Origin: an uncultured Planctomycetota bacterium
GTDB lineage: Bacteria; Planctomycetota; Planctomycetia; Isosphaerales; Isosphaeraceae
DNA length: 64,000 nucleotides
Reading direction: 5' to 3'
Assembly: GCA_963845755.1 (NCBI GenBank)
Contig: CAWJTV010000011.1
Location: forward strand, 416,001 to 480,000
Below, in pieces: positions 21,902 through 32,424 of this stretch; positions within the stretch are counted from its first letter, which is position 1; every line of letters begins with the position of its first letter. The notes beneath the pieces were generated by a model. The model had not been told where the DNA came from, did not search any database, and saw nothing but the letters and a program-made list of their open reading frames with translations. Position numbers and translations under genes: made by a program.

Positions 21902-22599
21902 ACCCGCTCCGGGAGCTGCCAGTTGATGGGTGGCTTACCGAACGAGCGGAGGGCGCTGTTGATCGCCGAGAACGGCCGGCTGCCGAAGAATTTCTTGGCC
22001 GACAAGGGCGAGGGGTGCGCCGCCGTCAGGATCGCGTGCCGCGAGGCGTCGATCAACTTGCCCTTCTTCTGGGCATAGGCGCCCCAAAGCACGAACACGA
22101 CCGGGCTCGGCTTGTCGTTGACCGCTCGGATGATGGCGTCGGTGAACGTCTCCCAGCCCTTGTCCTTGTGCGAGTTCGGCTCGTGCACGCGCACCGTCAG
22201 TACGGCATTGAGCAGCAACACACCTTGCTCCGCCCAAGAGGCAAGGTAGCCGTGCTTGGGGATGGTGCAGCCGAGGTCATCGCGCAATTCCTTGAACATG
22301 TTCACTAGCGAAGGCGGCGGCTTGACTCCGGGCTGCACCGAGAAGCAGAGCCCGTGCGCCTGGCCGTCGTCGTGGTACGGGTCTTGACCGAGCAACAGCA
22401 CGTTCGTCCGCTCGTAGGGGGTGAGCCTCAGGGCGTTGAAGACGTCTGGCTCGGGCGGGAACACGGCGTGCGCCCGCCGCTCGGCGGCCACGAACTCCTG
22501 CAGCCGGTGAAAATAGGGCTTGTCCAGCTCGTCGGCGAGGATCGCGCGCCAATCCTCGGGCAAGTGACCGATCCCCGCAAATGCCCCCGTGCTCGACAT
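21898..22599 (-). CDS. ung: Uracil-DNA glycosylase domain, with a possible independent start at ATG 22599
   Basis: GQDPYH, GVLLLN and HPSPLS motifs; GAGGTG RBS-like site upstream of the internal ATG. Confidence 0.8.
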   Translation of the reverse strand: MSSTGAFAGIGHLPEDWRAILADELDKPYFHRLQEFVAAERRAHAVFPPEPDVFNALRLTPYERTNVLLLGQDPYHDDGQAHGLCFSVQPGVKPPPSLVNMFKELRDDLGCTIPKHGYLASWAEQGVLLLNAVLTVRVHEPNSHKDKGWETFTDAIIRAVNDKPSPVVFVLWGAYAQKKGKLIDASRHAILTAAHPSPLSAKKFFGSRPFSAINSALRSFGKPPINWQLPERV

Positions 22600-23430
22600 G
22601 GTGTTCACCTCTTCCTGGAATAAAGGGGGATCGATGAAGGAGCGAGCCGATCCGCCGCGCTGGGATGGCTCGCGTCGTACCGCGCCCTCCTCCTCGAACT
22701 CATCGTCGATCGACTCGCTCGCGAAGGCGGTCGGTCGCGATCGGGCCTGCTCATCCTCGACGAGGGTCACCCCACGCTTCGGGCAGAGGTCATCCAGGAT
22801 ACATTGAGCGCAATGCGGGTCGCGGGCCGTGCAGACGTATCGGCCGTGGAGCACGACCTCCGCGCCGAACGGGATCCAGTCGTCGCGCGGCACGAGCTTC
22901 ATCAGGTCCGCCTCGATTCGCTCTGGCTTGGTCTCGTCCGTCAGGCCGAGGCGCTGGCTGACGCGCACGACGTGGGTGTCAACGATCACGCCGCTGGCGA
23001 TCTGAAACGCGTTATTGAGCACGACGTTCGCCGTCTTGCGGGCAACGCCGGGGAGCGTGACCAGGTCGTTGATGTTTGCCGGGACACTCCCCCCGAACCG
23101 ATCGACCAGCGCCTGGCAAGCGTCGCGGACCGCCCTGGCCTTGTTGCGGTAGAAGCCGGTCGGGCGCACGGACTCCTCGAGCTCGGCGAGGTCGGCCCCG
23201 GCGAACGCCTGCGCATCGCGATACCTCGCGAACAGGGCAGGCGTCACCGCGTTGACCCGCTGGTCGGTGCACTGGGCCGCGAGGATGGTCGCGACCAGCA
23301 GTTGCAGCGGGTTCTCCCAGTCCAGTTCGTAGCGGGCGTTCGGATACGTCTCCCGGAGCTTGCGCAACAGGACGGGTAGGTTCCTCCGCACACTCTCGTC
23401 GGCCATCGCGAAACTCCCCGCACGCTCCAA
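21898..23430 (-). CDS. nth: Endonuclease III (Nth) fused in frame to family-1 uracil-DNA glycosylase (Ung)
   Basis: HhH LPGVARKTANVV, VDTHV and 4Fe-4S C-x6-C-x2-C-x5-C, followed by GQDPYH and HPSPLS. Confidence 0.9.
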   Translation of the reverse strand: MERAGSFAMADESVRRNLPVLLRKLRETYPNARYELDWENPLQLLVATILAAQCTDQRVNAVTPALFARYRDAQAFAGADLAELEESVRPTGFYRNKARAVRDACQALVDRFGGSVPANINDLVTLPGVARKTANVVLNNAFQIASGVIVDTHVVRVSQRLGLTDETKPERIEADLMKLVPRDDWIPFGAEVVLHGRYVCTARDPHCAQCILDDLCPKRGVTLVEDEQARSRPTAFASESIDDEFEEEGAVRREPSQRGGSARSFIDPPLFQEEVNTMSSTGAFAGIGHLPEDWRAILADELDKPYFHRLQEFVAAERRAHAVFPPEPDVFNALRLTPYERTNVLLLGQDPYHDDGQAHGLCFSVQPGVKPPPSLVNMFKELRDDLGCTIPKHGYLASWAEQGVLLLNAVLTVRVHEPNSHKDKGWETFTDAIIRAVNDKPSPVVFVLWGAYAQKKGKLIDASRHAILTAAHPSPLSAKKFFGSRPFSAINSALRSFGKPPINWQLPERV

Positions 23431-23659
23431 TCAGTGACCGGCGGACTTACGCCCGGACAATCCCTCCGCAATCTGATGTTGATGCGCAGTCGAGCGACAA
23501 GTCAAGCGGGCGACCCCGATACGAGAACCGATCCGAGAGGGTGTACCGGGGTAGAATGGGTCGAACGACAGGCATGCCGTGAGGCCCATCGAACGATCGC
23601 GGTGGGCCTTGTCGCGAGGAATCGCGGATCGACCCACCCCACGACACTACAGCCTGAGC

Positions 23660-24784
23660 CTACTGGCCACGGGAAACCTCTGGCACATGACTCGCGACTC
23701 GCCCCACCTCAACGCCCCGCATCATTTCCCACAATCTCACCGTCGAGTCGGATCCCCCCGAGACGAGCATTCGACCGTCCGGGGAGAAGGCCAGAGCATG
23801 AATTTCGCCCCCGCATTCCCGTAAACTGGCCCGCTCCTGGAGCGTCTCGGCATCCCACAACACGATGAGGCCACGACCGTGTCCCGTGGCGAGGGTCTTG
23901 CCGTCGGAGGCAAACGCGATCACGAAGCTGCTGTGGGAAGGGTAGTTCAAGACGCCCCGTATGCGTTGACCTGCCAGGTCCCAGAGCCGGACGATGCCGT
24001 CAGCATCCGCCGAGGCCAGGGTCATGCTGTCGGGCGCAAACGCGAGAGAGTAGATGTGAGGCATCCGACCACTGAGGTTCCTGACCGCTTGCCCCGTCTT
24101 GGCATCGCAGAGCGTGATCGTCCGGCTCCTCGAAACCGACGCGAGTGTTCGACCGTCGGGGGAGAAGGACATGTCTGTCACGACTCCGTCCTGTCCCTGG
24201 AGTCTGGACCGTACCCGGCGCGTTGACGGGTCCAGGAGGATGACCGAGTCCTCCTCGCTCACGGCGATCGTCTTGCCATCGCCGGAGAAGGCCAAAGCAC
24301 GAATACGACCGTGGGCGGAGGCGAAGAGGGTCTGTCGTTCACCGGTGGCCAGGTCCCAGAGCACGATCGTTCCATCGAGGCCGCCGGTCGCCAGAGTTCT
24401 ACCTTGGGGACCCAAAGCCTGGCTCGAGACCGGCGACGCGGGTCCTCCCATCGAAGACAGGACGCGTCGCGTCGATGTGTCCCAGAGCCAGGACTCTCCG
24501 GTCGTGTCGAGCGAAACCAGGTTTGATGTCCCACTCGCGAACGCGATCGAACGCAGGGGGCCAGAATGCTCTCCCAGGATCATCCCCCGGGCCGGATCGG
24601 CATCTCGCATCCCGCTCCGCTCGAGGACGTACGCCGTGACGGCAATCAGTCCCACGAGCAGGAACAGCCCCCACGCCCGGCGGCGCATCCGTGAGCTCGA
24701 CCGCCCGGAAAGAATCCAAGAAGGGCGGGCGGTCTCGCAGGCTTCGCCGGGATTACGTCGCACGGGGTTCAACTCGTCCATCAT
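23660..24784 (-). CDS. WD40-repeat protein with N-terminal TM anchor
   Basis: About 7 repeats of AFSPDGRTLA...LWD. Confidence 0.85.
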   Translation of the reverse strand: MMDELNPVRRNPGEACETARPSWILSGRSSSRMRRRAWGLFLLVGLIAVTAYVLERSGMRDADPARGMILGEHSGPLRSIAFASGTSNLVSLDTTGESWLWDTSTRRVLSSMGGPASPVSSQALGPQGRTLATGGLDGTIVLWDLATGERQTLFASAHGRIRALAFSGDGKTIAVSEEDSVILLDPSTRRVRSRLQGQDGVVTDMSFSPDGRTLASVSRSRTITLCDAKTGQAVRNLSGRMPHIYSLAFAPDSMTLASADADGIVRLWDLAGQRIRGVLNYPSHSSFVIAFASDGKTLATGHGRGLIVLWDAETLQERASLRECGGEIHALAFSPDGRMLVSGGSDSTVRLWEMMRGVEVGRVASHVPEVSRGQ

Positions 24785-25102
24785 CGCGGCTCCTGAACAG
24801 GCGGGGGTTCTCGATCATCGAAACCGGTCTGAGCTTCCAGAGGCCTGGTCTACGCCCGCGCGCAGGCCGAGAGTCGGAGCGGCCACCTTGAGTGTCTGGG
24901 CTCTCGCGAGGAGTCCCGCCTATTCCTCTAACCGCGCGATGCCTCCTGGACGGGACCGAAGAATTGATAAAAAAGAGACGTTCCCTGTCCCACACCGGCC
25001 CGCGTGCGCGGTTTAATGATTAGAGGCTTCGACACGATGAACCCGGCCGCCGTCAACGCGCCGGCCGGGCTGATCGAGTGAGTACATGCAATTTGGGCGC
25101 GG

Positions 25103-25747
25103 TTGATGACCGGCAATACGAGTGAAATCGACCGTCTGCTCCAGCGGGCGGCGCAAGGCGATCAGCAGGGCCTGGGTGCGCTCCTCGCACAGCATCGGGA
25201 TCGGCTGCGCCGCATGATCGCGCTGCGACTCGACCGGCGTCTGCAGGGGCGGATCGACCCCTCGGACGTCATCCAGGAGGCGTACCTGGAAGCTTCGGCG
25301 CGACTGGCCGAATACGTGCGTGACCCTTCGATGCCGTTCTTCTTGTGGCTCCGCTTCCTCACCAGCCAGAAGCTGGTGACCTTACACCGCCACCACCTCG
25401 GCGTCCAGATGCGTGACCCCGGCCAGGAGGTGGCGCTGGATCACAATCCATTCCCCGAGGCGTCCTCGGCCGCGCTGGCCGCCCATCTATTGGGTCATGA
25501 CACCCGCCCCAGCGAGGCCGCGATCCGCGCCGAGATGAAGCTCCGGGTGCAGGAGGCCCTCAATCGCATGGACCCGCTCGACCGCGAGGTCCTGGCCTTG
25601 CGGCATTTCGAGCAACTGAGCCGCGCCGAGATCGCGCGGGTGCTCGACATCTCGGAGGCCGCCGCCGGCAAGCGGTACATCCGAGCGCTGGAACGGCTCA
25701 AGAAGGACCTGTGCCACAGCGGCGGCCTGGAAGGACTGATCCCATGA
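25103..25747 (+). CDS. ECF sigma-70 factor, planctomycete type
   Basis: DPSDVIQEAY, WLR, TRPS and DREVLALRHFEQLS motifs; overlaps the kinase start. Confidence 0.92.
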   Translation: MMTGNTSEIDRLLQRAAQGDQQGLGALLAQHRDRLRRMIALRLDRRLQGRIDPSDVIQEAYLEASARLAEYVRDPSMPFFLWLRFLTSQKLVTLHRHHLGVQMRDPGQEVALDHNPFPEASSAALAAHLLGHDTRPSEAAIRAEMKLRVQEALNRMDPLDREVLALRHFEQLSRAEIARVLDISEAAAGKRYIRALERLKKDLCHSGGLEGLIP

Positions 25748-28700
25748 GCGAGCCGACTTCGGTATTCGACCCGGTCGAGCGATTGGTCGACGAGTTCCTG
25801 CAACGGCATCGCCAGGGCGAACGGCCGTCTTTGAGCGAATACACCGAGAAGTATCCCGAGATCGCCGAGCGGATTCGCGACCTCTTCCCCGCCATGCTGG
25901 TCATGGAAGAGCTCGGCTCGCGGGGCGGGAAAGCCAGCGGCCCTCAGGCGGGCCAGGTCCCCCCGGTCGCCTCGGTGCCACAGAGGTTGGGCGATTACCT
26001 GCTCCTGCGCCACGTCGGCTCCGGCGGCATGGGGGTGGTCTACGAGGCGATCCAGGAATCGTTGGGCCGGCACGTGGCCTTGAAGACGCTCCCGTTCCAC
26101 CGCCTGGGCGACGCGACCCGACTCGAGCGGTTCCGTCGCGAGGCGCGGGCCGCGGCGCGGCTGCACCATACGCACATCGTCCCGGTCTACGGGATCGGCG
26201 AGCACGACGGCCTTCACTACTACACGATGCAGTTCATCCGGGGGCATGGACTGGACACCGTGCTGCACGAAGTCAAGCGACTGCGGCACGAACCGGGCGC
26301 ACCGCCGCCGGCCGAGGCCACGGCAGAGCAGCCTCTCTCCACGACCCTGGCGCTCGGTCTTCACACCGGTCGATTTCCGGTCAACGAGAAGGGAAAAGAC
26401 GGATCGACGGCTAGTGTGGTCCCGCAGCCTCATCCCGGCCCGGCCCCGACGGCGGACGGCGATCGATCGGAGTTGTCTACCCAACCCGACGCCATCTACC
26501 TCCGTAGCGTGGCCCAGATCGGCATCGATGCCGCAGAGGCCCTGGAATACGCCCACCAGCAGGGCATTCTCCACCGCGACATCAAGCCCTCCAACCTCCT
26601 GCTCGATGCCCAGGGACAGGTCTGGATTACCGATTTCGGTCTGGCCAAGGCCCAGGACAGCGACGAGCTGACGCGCACCGGCGACATCGTCGGCACGTTG
26701 CGCTACATGGCGCCGGAGCGATTCGACGGCTGGTCCGACCCGCGGAGCGATGTCTACGCGTTGGGAGCGACCTTGTACGAGTTGCTGACGTTGCGACCCA
26801 CCTTCGAGGAGTCGGACCGGGTCAAGCTCGTCGAGCACGTGCTGCACAAGAGCCCGACGCCGCTCCGCCAACTTGACCGGCGCATTCCCCGGGACCTGGA
26901 GACGATCGTGCTCAAGGCGATAGCCAAGGAGCCGGGCGAGCGCTACCCGACGGCGGGACAGTTGGCTGACGACTTGCGGCGGTTCGTCGCGGGCAAGCCG
27001 ATCCTCGCCCGCCGATTCAGCTTGCTCGAGCGATCATGGCGCTGGAGCAAGCGCAACCCGCTGCTGGCCGTCGCGGCCGGCACCGTGGCGGCAGCACTGG
27101 TGGGCATGACCGTGACCGCCGTCTTGTACGCCGACCGGCAGTATCACTTCGCAACCGAGCAAGAGAAGGCAAACCACGAAATCACCCGGTTGAATGTCGA
27201 TCTCGGTAAGGAACACGAGAGCCTGAGGCGATCGCTGGGCGAATCGAATCGCCTGCTGGCGATCCGGAACTTCGATCGCGGGCAGGCCGCCTTCGAGAAG
27301 GACCAGGTTGGTACCGGGCTGCTCTGGATGATCGAGAGCTGGCGGTCGGCGGCCGCGGCCGGCGATCCGGCCTGGCAGCACGCCGCGCGGGCCAACCTGG
27401 CCGCCTGGCAGCCCCATCATGCTCGACTCAAAATGGTCCTTTCCCATGGAGGCCCCATCACCGCCGCGGCCTTCAGCCCCGACGGCAAGGCCGTCCTCAT
27501 CGGGGGCGACGACGGGACCGCAAGACTCTGGGACGCCGCCTCCGGCCAGCCGATCGGCCCGCCCCTCAACCATCAGGGTCCCGTCATGTCCGTGGCCTTC
27601 AGCCCCGACGACAAGGCCGTCCTCATCGGGGGCGACGACGGGACCGCAAGACTCTGGGACGCCGTCTCCGGCCAACCCCTCGGATCGCCCCTCAACCATC
27701 AGGGTCCCGTCATGTCCGTGGCCTTCAGCCCCGACGGCAGGACCATCCTCACCGGCTGCGCGGACAGGATGGCGCGGCGGTGGGACTCCGCGACCCATCG
27801 TCCCATCGGTCAGCCCTTGGTGCATCAAGACGGTGTGGGGGCCGTGTCGTTCAGCCCGGACGGCAAGGTGCTCCTGACAGTGAGCTCTGGGACGGCACGG
27901 CTTTGGGACGCCGCCACCGGAAAGCCAATCGGCTCACCCCTCAACCATCAGGGTCCGCTCCGGACCGCGGTGTATAGCCCGGACGGCAGGAGTGTCCTCA
28001 CCGCAGGAGGCGACGGGGTGGTGAAGCGGTGGGACGCCGCGACCGGAAAACCCGTCGGCGAGCCGATCCGGCATCCGCTGAAGGTCCGGGCCGTGGCCTT
28101 CAGCCCCGATAGCCGGACCATCCTGACCGGCAGCGAGGACAAGACGGCGAGGCTCTGGGACGCAGCGACGAACCAGCCCATCGGGCCGACCTTGGTCCAT
28201 CAAGGCCCGGTCGTGGCCGGTGCATTCAGCCCCGATGGCAAGACCTTCCTCACCGCCAGCAGCGACAACACCGTCCGGATCTGGGCTACCGACCCCGGCC
28301 AGCCCTCCGGGCTGATCCTCGATCGTCAAGGCGTCGGCCAGGCCGCGGCCTTCAGCCCCGATGGCCAGTGGATCGTCAGCGGACACTGGGCCGGCGCCGT
28401 CACGCGATGGGACGCGGCGACGGGTCGGATCATCGACACAACTCAGGTCCACCAGGGCCCTGCGCTGGCCCTGGCCGTCAGCACCGACGGCACACGCTTA
28501 CTCACCGAGAGTGATGACAAGACGGCACGACTCTGGGACGCCGCCACCGGCAAGCCTATCGGACCGCCCCTCCAGCACGAGGGCAACGTCACCGTCGTGG
28601 CGTTCTGTTCCGACGGCAAGACGATCATGACCGGAGGCGCGGACCGGACGGTCCGATTCTGGGACGCCGCGACCGGGAAACCCCTCGGCCAACCGCTGCC

Positions 28701-30117
28701 GCAGGCCGGTGCGGTAGACGCCGCGGCCTTCAGCCCCGATGGCAAGTCCCTCCTCGCGGGCCATGATAGCGGATCGGCACAGGTCTGGGACGTAGAGACC
28801 CGGACGTCCCGCGGCCGGCCCTTCCCGCATCCCGGTTGCATCAGCGCGGCGGCGTTCAGCCCCGACGGCAAGTCGCTCCTGACCGGGTGCGAGGATGGAG
28901 CGGCACGACTCTGGGACGTGGAATCCCGGACGCTCCGGATCGCTCCGCTGCTGCATCAAGCCTGGATCTGGACCGTCGCCTTCAGTCCCGATGGGACCCG
29001 GATCCTTACCGGCAGCCGGGACAAGACGGTGCGGCTCTGGGACGCCGCGACCGGGATGCCGCTGGGTCCACCGATCATGCATCCGGCGCAAGTGCAAACC
29101 GTGGCCTTCAGCCCCGACGGCCAGTCCTTCCTGACCGGAGCCTACGACCACGGGGCGCGGCTGTTCCGGAACGTCCCCGAGCTGCCCGACGACCTCGAGC
29201 GGATCGCCACTTGGGTGGAGGTCCTCACCGGCTTGACGCTCGATGCTGGCAAGGGCACGATCCAGGTGCTCGATAACGCGGCCTGGCTGGAGCGCCGCGA
29301 CCGGTTGGAGCAACTCGGTGGTCCGCTGCAACCGGAAAACGGACCAAGACTCGATCCTATCCCGTTCGGCATCGACCCAATGGCTCGCGGTCGCGTCTTG
29401 ATGCAGCGGGAGCAGTGGGACGAGGCCGAGGCCGCGTTCGACGAGGTCGTCCGCGCCCGGCCGTACAACGCTTCGAGCTGGATCGGGCGCAGCAGATTTC
29501 ACATCGCCCGCAGTCAGTTCGAGAGAGCCGCTGCCGACTTTGCCGGTGCGATCCAGACCCAGCCGGCGAACCTCGGGTTCCGCTACTTTCAGGTCTTGTT
29601 GCTGCTGAACCAGGGCGATCGGGCCGGCTTACAACAAGCGTGCTCCGACTTGCTGGCGCGATACGGCACTGTGACGAATCCCTTCACTGCCAACACGGTC
29701 GCCTGGTCTTGCGTGCTGGGGCCAGACTTGGTTGCCGACCGCGAGATACTGGTGCGGCTGGCTGAGGCGGCTCTGACTGTATTTCCAACGGCTCAAAAGC
29801 CCATCGTAATGAACACGCTGGGAGCCGCTCTCTACCGCGCCGGGCGGTTCGAGGAGTCCATTCACTGGCTGGAGGAAGGCATCAGGAAGCGAGGGGGCGA
29901 GAGTCTACCCCAGGACTGGGCATTCCTGGCCATAGCTCACCATCAACTCGGCCATCGCGCGGAGGCCCTCCGCTGGCTCGATCGCTTCAGGACCTACCGG
30001 GCGAACGAGAACCCCAATGCTTTCTGGAACGAGCTGGAGATTCGTGTCCTCCGCAAGGAAGCCGAGTCATTATTACTCTACGACCCGGTCTTCCCGTCCG
30101 ACCCGTTCGCCCGTTGA
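25744..30117 (+). CDS. Ser/Thr protein kinase with TM, 14 WD40 repeats and TPR tail
   Basis: GSGGMGVVY, VALK, HRDIKPSN, DFG and APE motifs; 14 FSPDG-type repeats; TPR-like C-terminus. Confidence 0.93.
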   Translation: MSEPTSVFDPVERLVDEFLQRHRQGERPSLSEYTEKYPEIAERIRDLFPAMLVMEELGSRGGKASGPQAGQVPPVASVPQRLGDYLLLRHVGSGGMGVVYEAIQESLGRHVALKTLPFHRLGDATRLERFRREARAAARLHHTHIVPVYGIGEHDGLHYYTMQFIRGHGLDTVLHEVKRLRHEPGAPPPAEATAEQPLSTTLALGLHTGRFPVNEKGKDGSTASVVPQPHPGPAPTADGDRSELSTQPDAIYLRSVAQIGIDAAEALEYAHQQGILHRDIKPSNLLLDAQGQVWITDFGLAKAQDSDELTRTGDIVGTLRYMAPERFDGWSDPRSDVYALGATLYELLTLRPTFEESDRVKLVEHVLHKSPTPLRQLDRRIPRDLETIVLKAIAKEPGERYPTAGQLADDLRRFVAGKPILARRFSLLERSWRWSKRNPLLAVAAGTVAAALVGMTVTAVLYADRQYHFATEQEKANHEITRLNVDLGKEHESLRRSLGESNRLLAIRNFDRGQAAFEKDQVGTGLLWMIESWRSAAAAGDPAWQHAARANLAAWQPHHARLKMVLSHGGPITAAAFSPDGKAVLIGGDDGTARLWDAASGQPIGPPLNHQGPVMSVAFSPDDKAVLIGGDDGTARLWDAVSGQPLGSPLNHQGPVMSVAFSPDGRTILTGCADRMARRWDSATHRPIGQPLVHQDGVGAVSFSPDGKVLLTVSSGTARLWDAATGKPIGSPLNHQGPLRTAVYSPDGRSVLTAGGDGVVKRWDAATGKPVGEPIRHPLKVRAVAFSPDSRTILTGSEDKTARLWDAATNQPIGPTLVHQGPVVAGAFSPDGKTFLTASSDNTVRIWATDPGQPSGLILDRQGVGQAAAFSPDGQWIVSGHWAGAVTRWDAATGRIIDTTQVHQGPALALAVSTDGTRLLTESDDKTARLWDAATGKPIGPPLQHEGNVTVVAFCSDGKTIMTGGADRTVRFWDAATGKPLGQPLPQAGAVDAAAFSPDGKSLLAGHDSGSAQVWDVETRTSRGRPFPHPGCISAAAFSPDGKSLLTGCEDGAARLWDVESRTLRIAPLLHQAWIWTVAFSPDGTRILTGSRDKTVRLWDAATGMPLGPPIMHPAQVQTVAFSPDGQSFLTGAYDHGARLFRNVPELPDDLERIATWVEVLTGLTLDAGKGTIQVLDNAAWLERRDRLEQLGGPLQPENGPRLDPIPFGIDPMARGRVLMQREQWDEAEAAFDEVVRARPYNASSWIGRSRFHIARSQFERAAADFAGAIQTQPANLGFRYFQVLLLLNQGDRAGLQQACSDLLARYGTVTNPFTANTVAWSCVLGPDLVADREILVRLAEAALTVFPTAQKPIVMNTLGAALYRAGRFEESIHWLEEGIRKRGGESLPQDWAFLAIAHHQLGHRAEALRWLDRFRTYRANENPNAFWNELEIRVLRKEAESLLLYDPVFPSDPFAR
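27469..27738 (+). repeat. Near-identical 126-bp tandem duplication (WD40 blades)
   Basis: Units start at 27469, 27595 and 27721 (GCCTTCAGCCCCGAC...). Confidence 0.85.
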
Positions 30118-30586
30118 TCAATGCCAGCCGGCTCGAACTCGGAGTCACCCGCGGCTCGATGGCCCTCAACACGCGAGCCGTCCAATCCGGGTCCTCCGGG
30201 CTGACCACGACGACCTCGAAGCCATACCTTCGACCCTCCTCGGCCACACCTTCCGAATCGTCGATATGCAGGCTAATGCCGAACGCGGATGGATTCTTCG
30301 AAGGCCCTCGTCGTCCCACCACACGCTCATGCCGCCGCTGATTGACCACGCCGGAAAGCGGGACGCCGAAACTGCCGAACCAGCCGCGGAGGTAACGCGA
30401 AGACCGGTAAGACGTGGTATAGATCCAGACCTGATGACGACGCGCGATCAGCTCGCGTAACAGGTCCCTCGTACCGAGGCGCAGCCGCTCCGGATAGAAC
30501 CATCGTTTCCATCTCGGCACGAACTGCTCGACCGGTACCGAGCCGTCGCAGACCAGCGTGTCGTCGATATCGAATGAGATCCGCAT
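29987..30586 (-). CDS. HAD-superfamily hydrolase-like protein
   Basis: ISFDIDDTL motif I, YTTS, K.P and HIDD; the 3' overlap with the kinase may be a frameshift artefact. Confidence 0.8.
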   Translation of the reverse strand: MRISFDIDDTLVCDGSVPVEQFVPRWKRWFYPERLRLGTRDLLRELIARRHQVWIYTTSYRSSRYLRGWFGSFGVPLSGVVNQRRHERVVGRRGPSKNPSAFGISLHIDDSEGVAEEGRRYGFEVVVVSPEDPDWTARVLRAIEPRVTPSSSRLALINGRTGRTGRPGRRVIMTRLPCGGHESPARSRKHWGSRSPGRS

Positions 30587-30636
30587 CGCGGCACCCCTCG
30601 ACCCCAAAGGCCGGGCGCGGCGGCGCGGTCCATGCC

Positions 30637-30686
30637 CTCGTTCCCACGCTCCCGCGTGGGAATGCCGCCCGGGACGCTCCGCGTCC
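30637..30686. repeat. REP-like palindromes
   Basis: TTCCCACGC-TCCC-GCGTGGGAA hairpin followed by GGACGC-TCC-GCGTCC. Confidence 0.55.
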
Positions 30687-30930
30687 TCGAACAGGGCCGA
30701 GGACCGCGACGCAGGGACGCTGACGAAATTACCGCGGCCGTTCAGGCCGTCTTCTCATGACCCTATTCACACCAAAGGGCAATTCCAAGACGCAAGACCC
30801 AGGATTGTGGATCCCGTCTCGCCCGCCCTCTGAAGTGTCACAATGCCGCACTGTAGCATTCACGCGGTTCTGGGGTTACCTTGATCGAGACGTCAATCCG
30901 TCCGAACTCGATATCTCGCTTCCCCTGGGA

Positions 30931-32379
30931 ATGACCATGACTCGGATTCCGCTTCTTGCCGTGGTCGCCATCGCCGCCACAATCTCCGCCGTGTCGAATG
31001 TCGACGCCTCCGACGAGCCGCCGTCTCTGACCATCGAGGGTTACACCGACCAGCTCAGCTATCGGCCCGGCGACGTGGTCCGCTTCCACATCTCGACCAC
31101 GGCCGCGCGTTACGGGATGGAGATCGCCCGCTTGGGCGCCGAGACCAGGTCGGTTTATCGCAAGTCCGATCTCCCCGGCGCGGCGTACCCGATCCCGGAA
31201 CATGCCTCGTCCCAAGGCTGTGACTGGCCGGTCGCCCATACCGTCATCGTGCCGGCCGAATGGCGATCGGGCTATTACAACGTCCGGCTGAGGGTCGCCG
31301 ATAACGGCGGGAAGTTCGTCGGCCGCAACCGGCGCACCGCCGAGGTCGATGTATTCTTCATCGTGCGTCCAACGGAGCCCGGCAAGGCGACGTCGATCCT
31401 GCTGGAGCTTTCGACCAATACGTACAACGCCTATAACAACTGGGGCGGCGGCAGCTTGTATGCGTATCACGGTCGGGCCAACCTCCAGGGGCACCGCGTC
31501 TCGTTCAACCGCCCGCCCGACAGTCAATTCCGCCAGTGGGAGCTGCCGTTCGTCGTCTGGGCCGAGCGCAACGGCTACACGCTCGACTACTGCGCCAACA
31601 GCGACCTCGAGTTCCGTCCCGAGCTACTCGAGCATTACAAATTGGTCTTGAGCGTCGGGCACGATGAATACTGGTCGGCCCCGATGCGCGACCATCTCGA
31701 AGCATTCATCGCGCGGGGCGGGAACGTGGCCTTCTTCAGCGGCAATACTTGCTGCTGGCAGGTGCGCAGCGAGGAGGGCGGCCGCGCGCTGACCTCTTGG
31801 AAACAGTGGTACAACATGGACCCGGTCTTCCCCACCAGCGATCACCGCACGCTCACCACAGCCTGGAGCCACCACCTGGTGAATCGGCCCGAGAACCGGC
31901 TGACGGGCGTCGGCTTTCTTCACGGCGGCTACCACCTCAGCCACGGCCAGTACATGGACGGCAAGGGGGCGTTCACCGTCCACCGCCCCGATCACTGGCT
32001 CTTCGAGGGCACGGGCTTGAAGCGAGGCGAAGACTTCGGCGGCAAACATACGGTCGTCGGCTACGAGTGCGACGGCTGCGAATTCACTCATGAAGGACGG
32101 GCTGCCGGTCCCCACCGGCCGCGACGGCACGCCGCAGATGGCTTCGTCATCCTCGCCACTTGCCCGGCCCGCTGGCATCCCGCCGACGCCCTCTGGTACG
32201 ACCGGTTCCCCCGCGATGCCGCTGGCACACCGGCGCAGGGCGCCGCGGTGCTGGGGATGTATGTCAAGGGCGGGACGGTCGTCACCACCGGCTCAACGGA
32301 CTGGGCGCACGGCCTCCGCGGCGGCGACCCGGTCGTGGAGCGGATCACCCGGAACGTGCTGGATCGGCTGTCCAAGTGA
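30931..32379 (+). CDS. N,N-dimethylformamidase beta-subunit family (DUF6605) secreted protein; local frameshifts near 32090-32140
   Basis: EGYTDQLSY.PG, TYNAYNNWGG.SLY, GHDEYWS, FFSGN and GYECD motifs. Confidence 0.85.
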   Translation: MTMTRIPLLAVVAIAATISAVSNVDASDEPPSLTIEGYTDQLSYRPGDVVRFHISTTAARYGMEIARLGAETRSVYRKSDLPGAAYPIPEHASSQGCDWPVAHTVIVPAEWRSGYYNVRLRVADNGGKFVGRNRRTAEVDVFFIVRPTEPGKATSILLELSTNTYNAYNNWGGGSLYAYHGRANLQGHRVSFNRPPDSQFRQWELPFVVWAERNGYTLDYCANSDLEFRPELLEHYKLVLSVGHDEYWSAPMRDHLEAFIARGGNVAFFSGNTCCWQVRSEEGGRALTSWKQWYNMDPVFPTSDHRTLTTAWSHHLVNRPENRLTGVGFLHGGYHLSHGQYMDGKGAFTVHRPDHWLFEGTGLKRGEDFGGKHTVVGYECDGCEFTHEGRAAGPHRPRRHAADGFVILATCPARWHPADALWYDRFPRDAAGTPAQGAAVLGMYVKGGTVVTTGSTDWAHGLRGGDPVVERITRNVLDRLSK

Positions 32380-32424
32380 TCGGACTCCGGACCGTGTGCA
32401 GTCCGATGGAGTGCCAGCCGGCCT

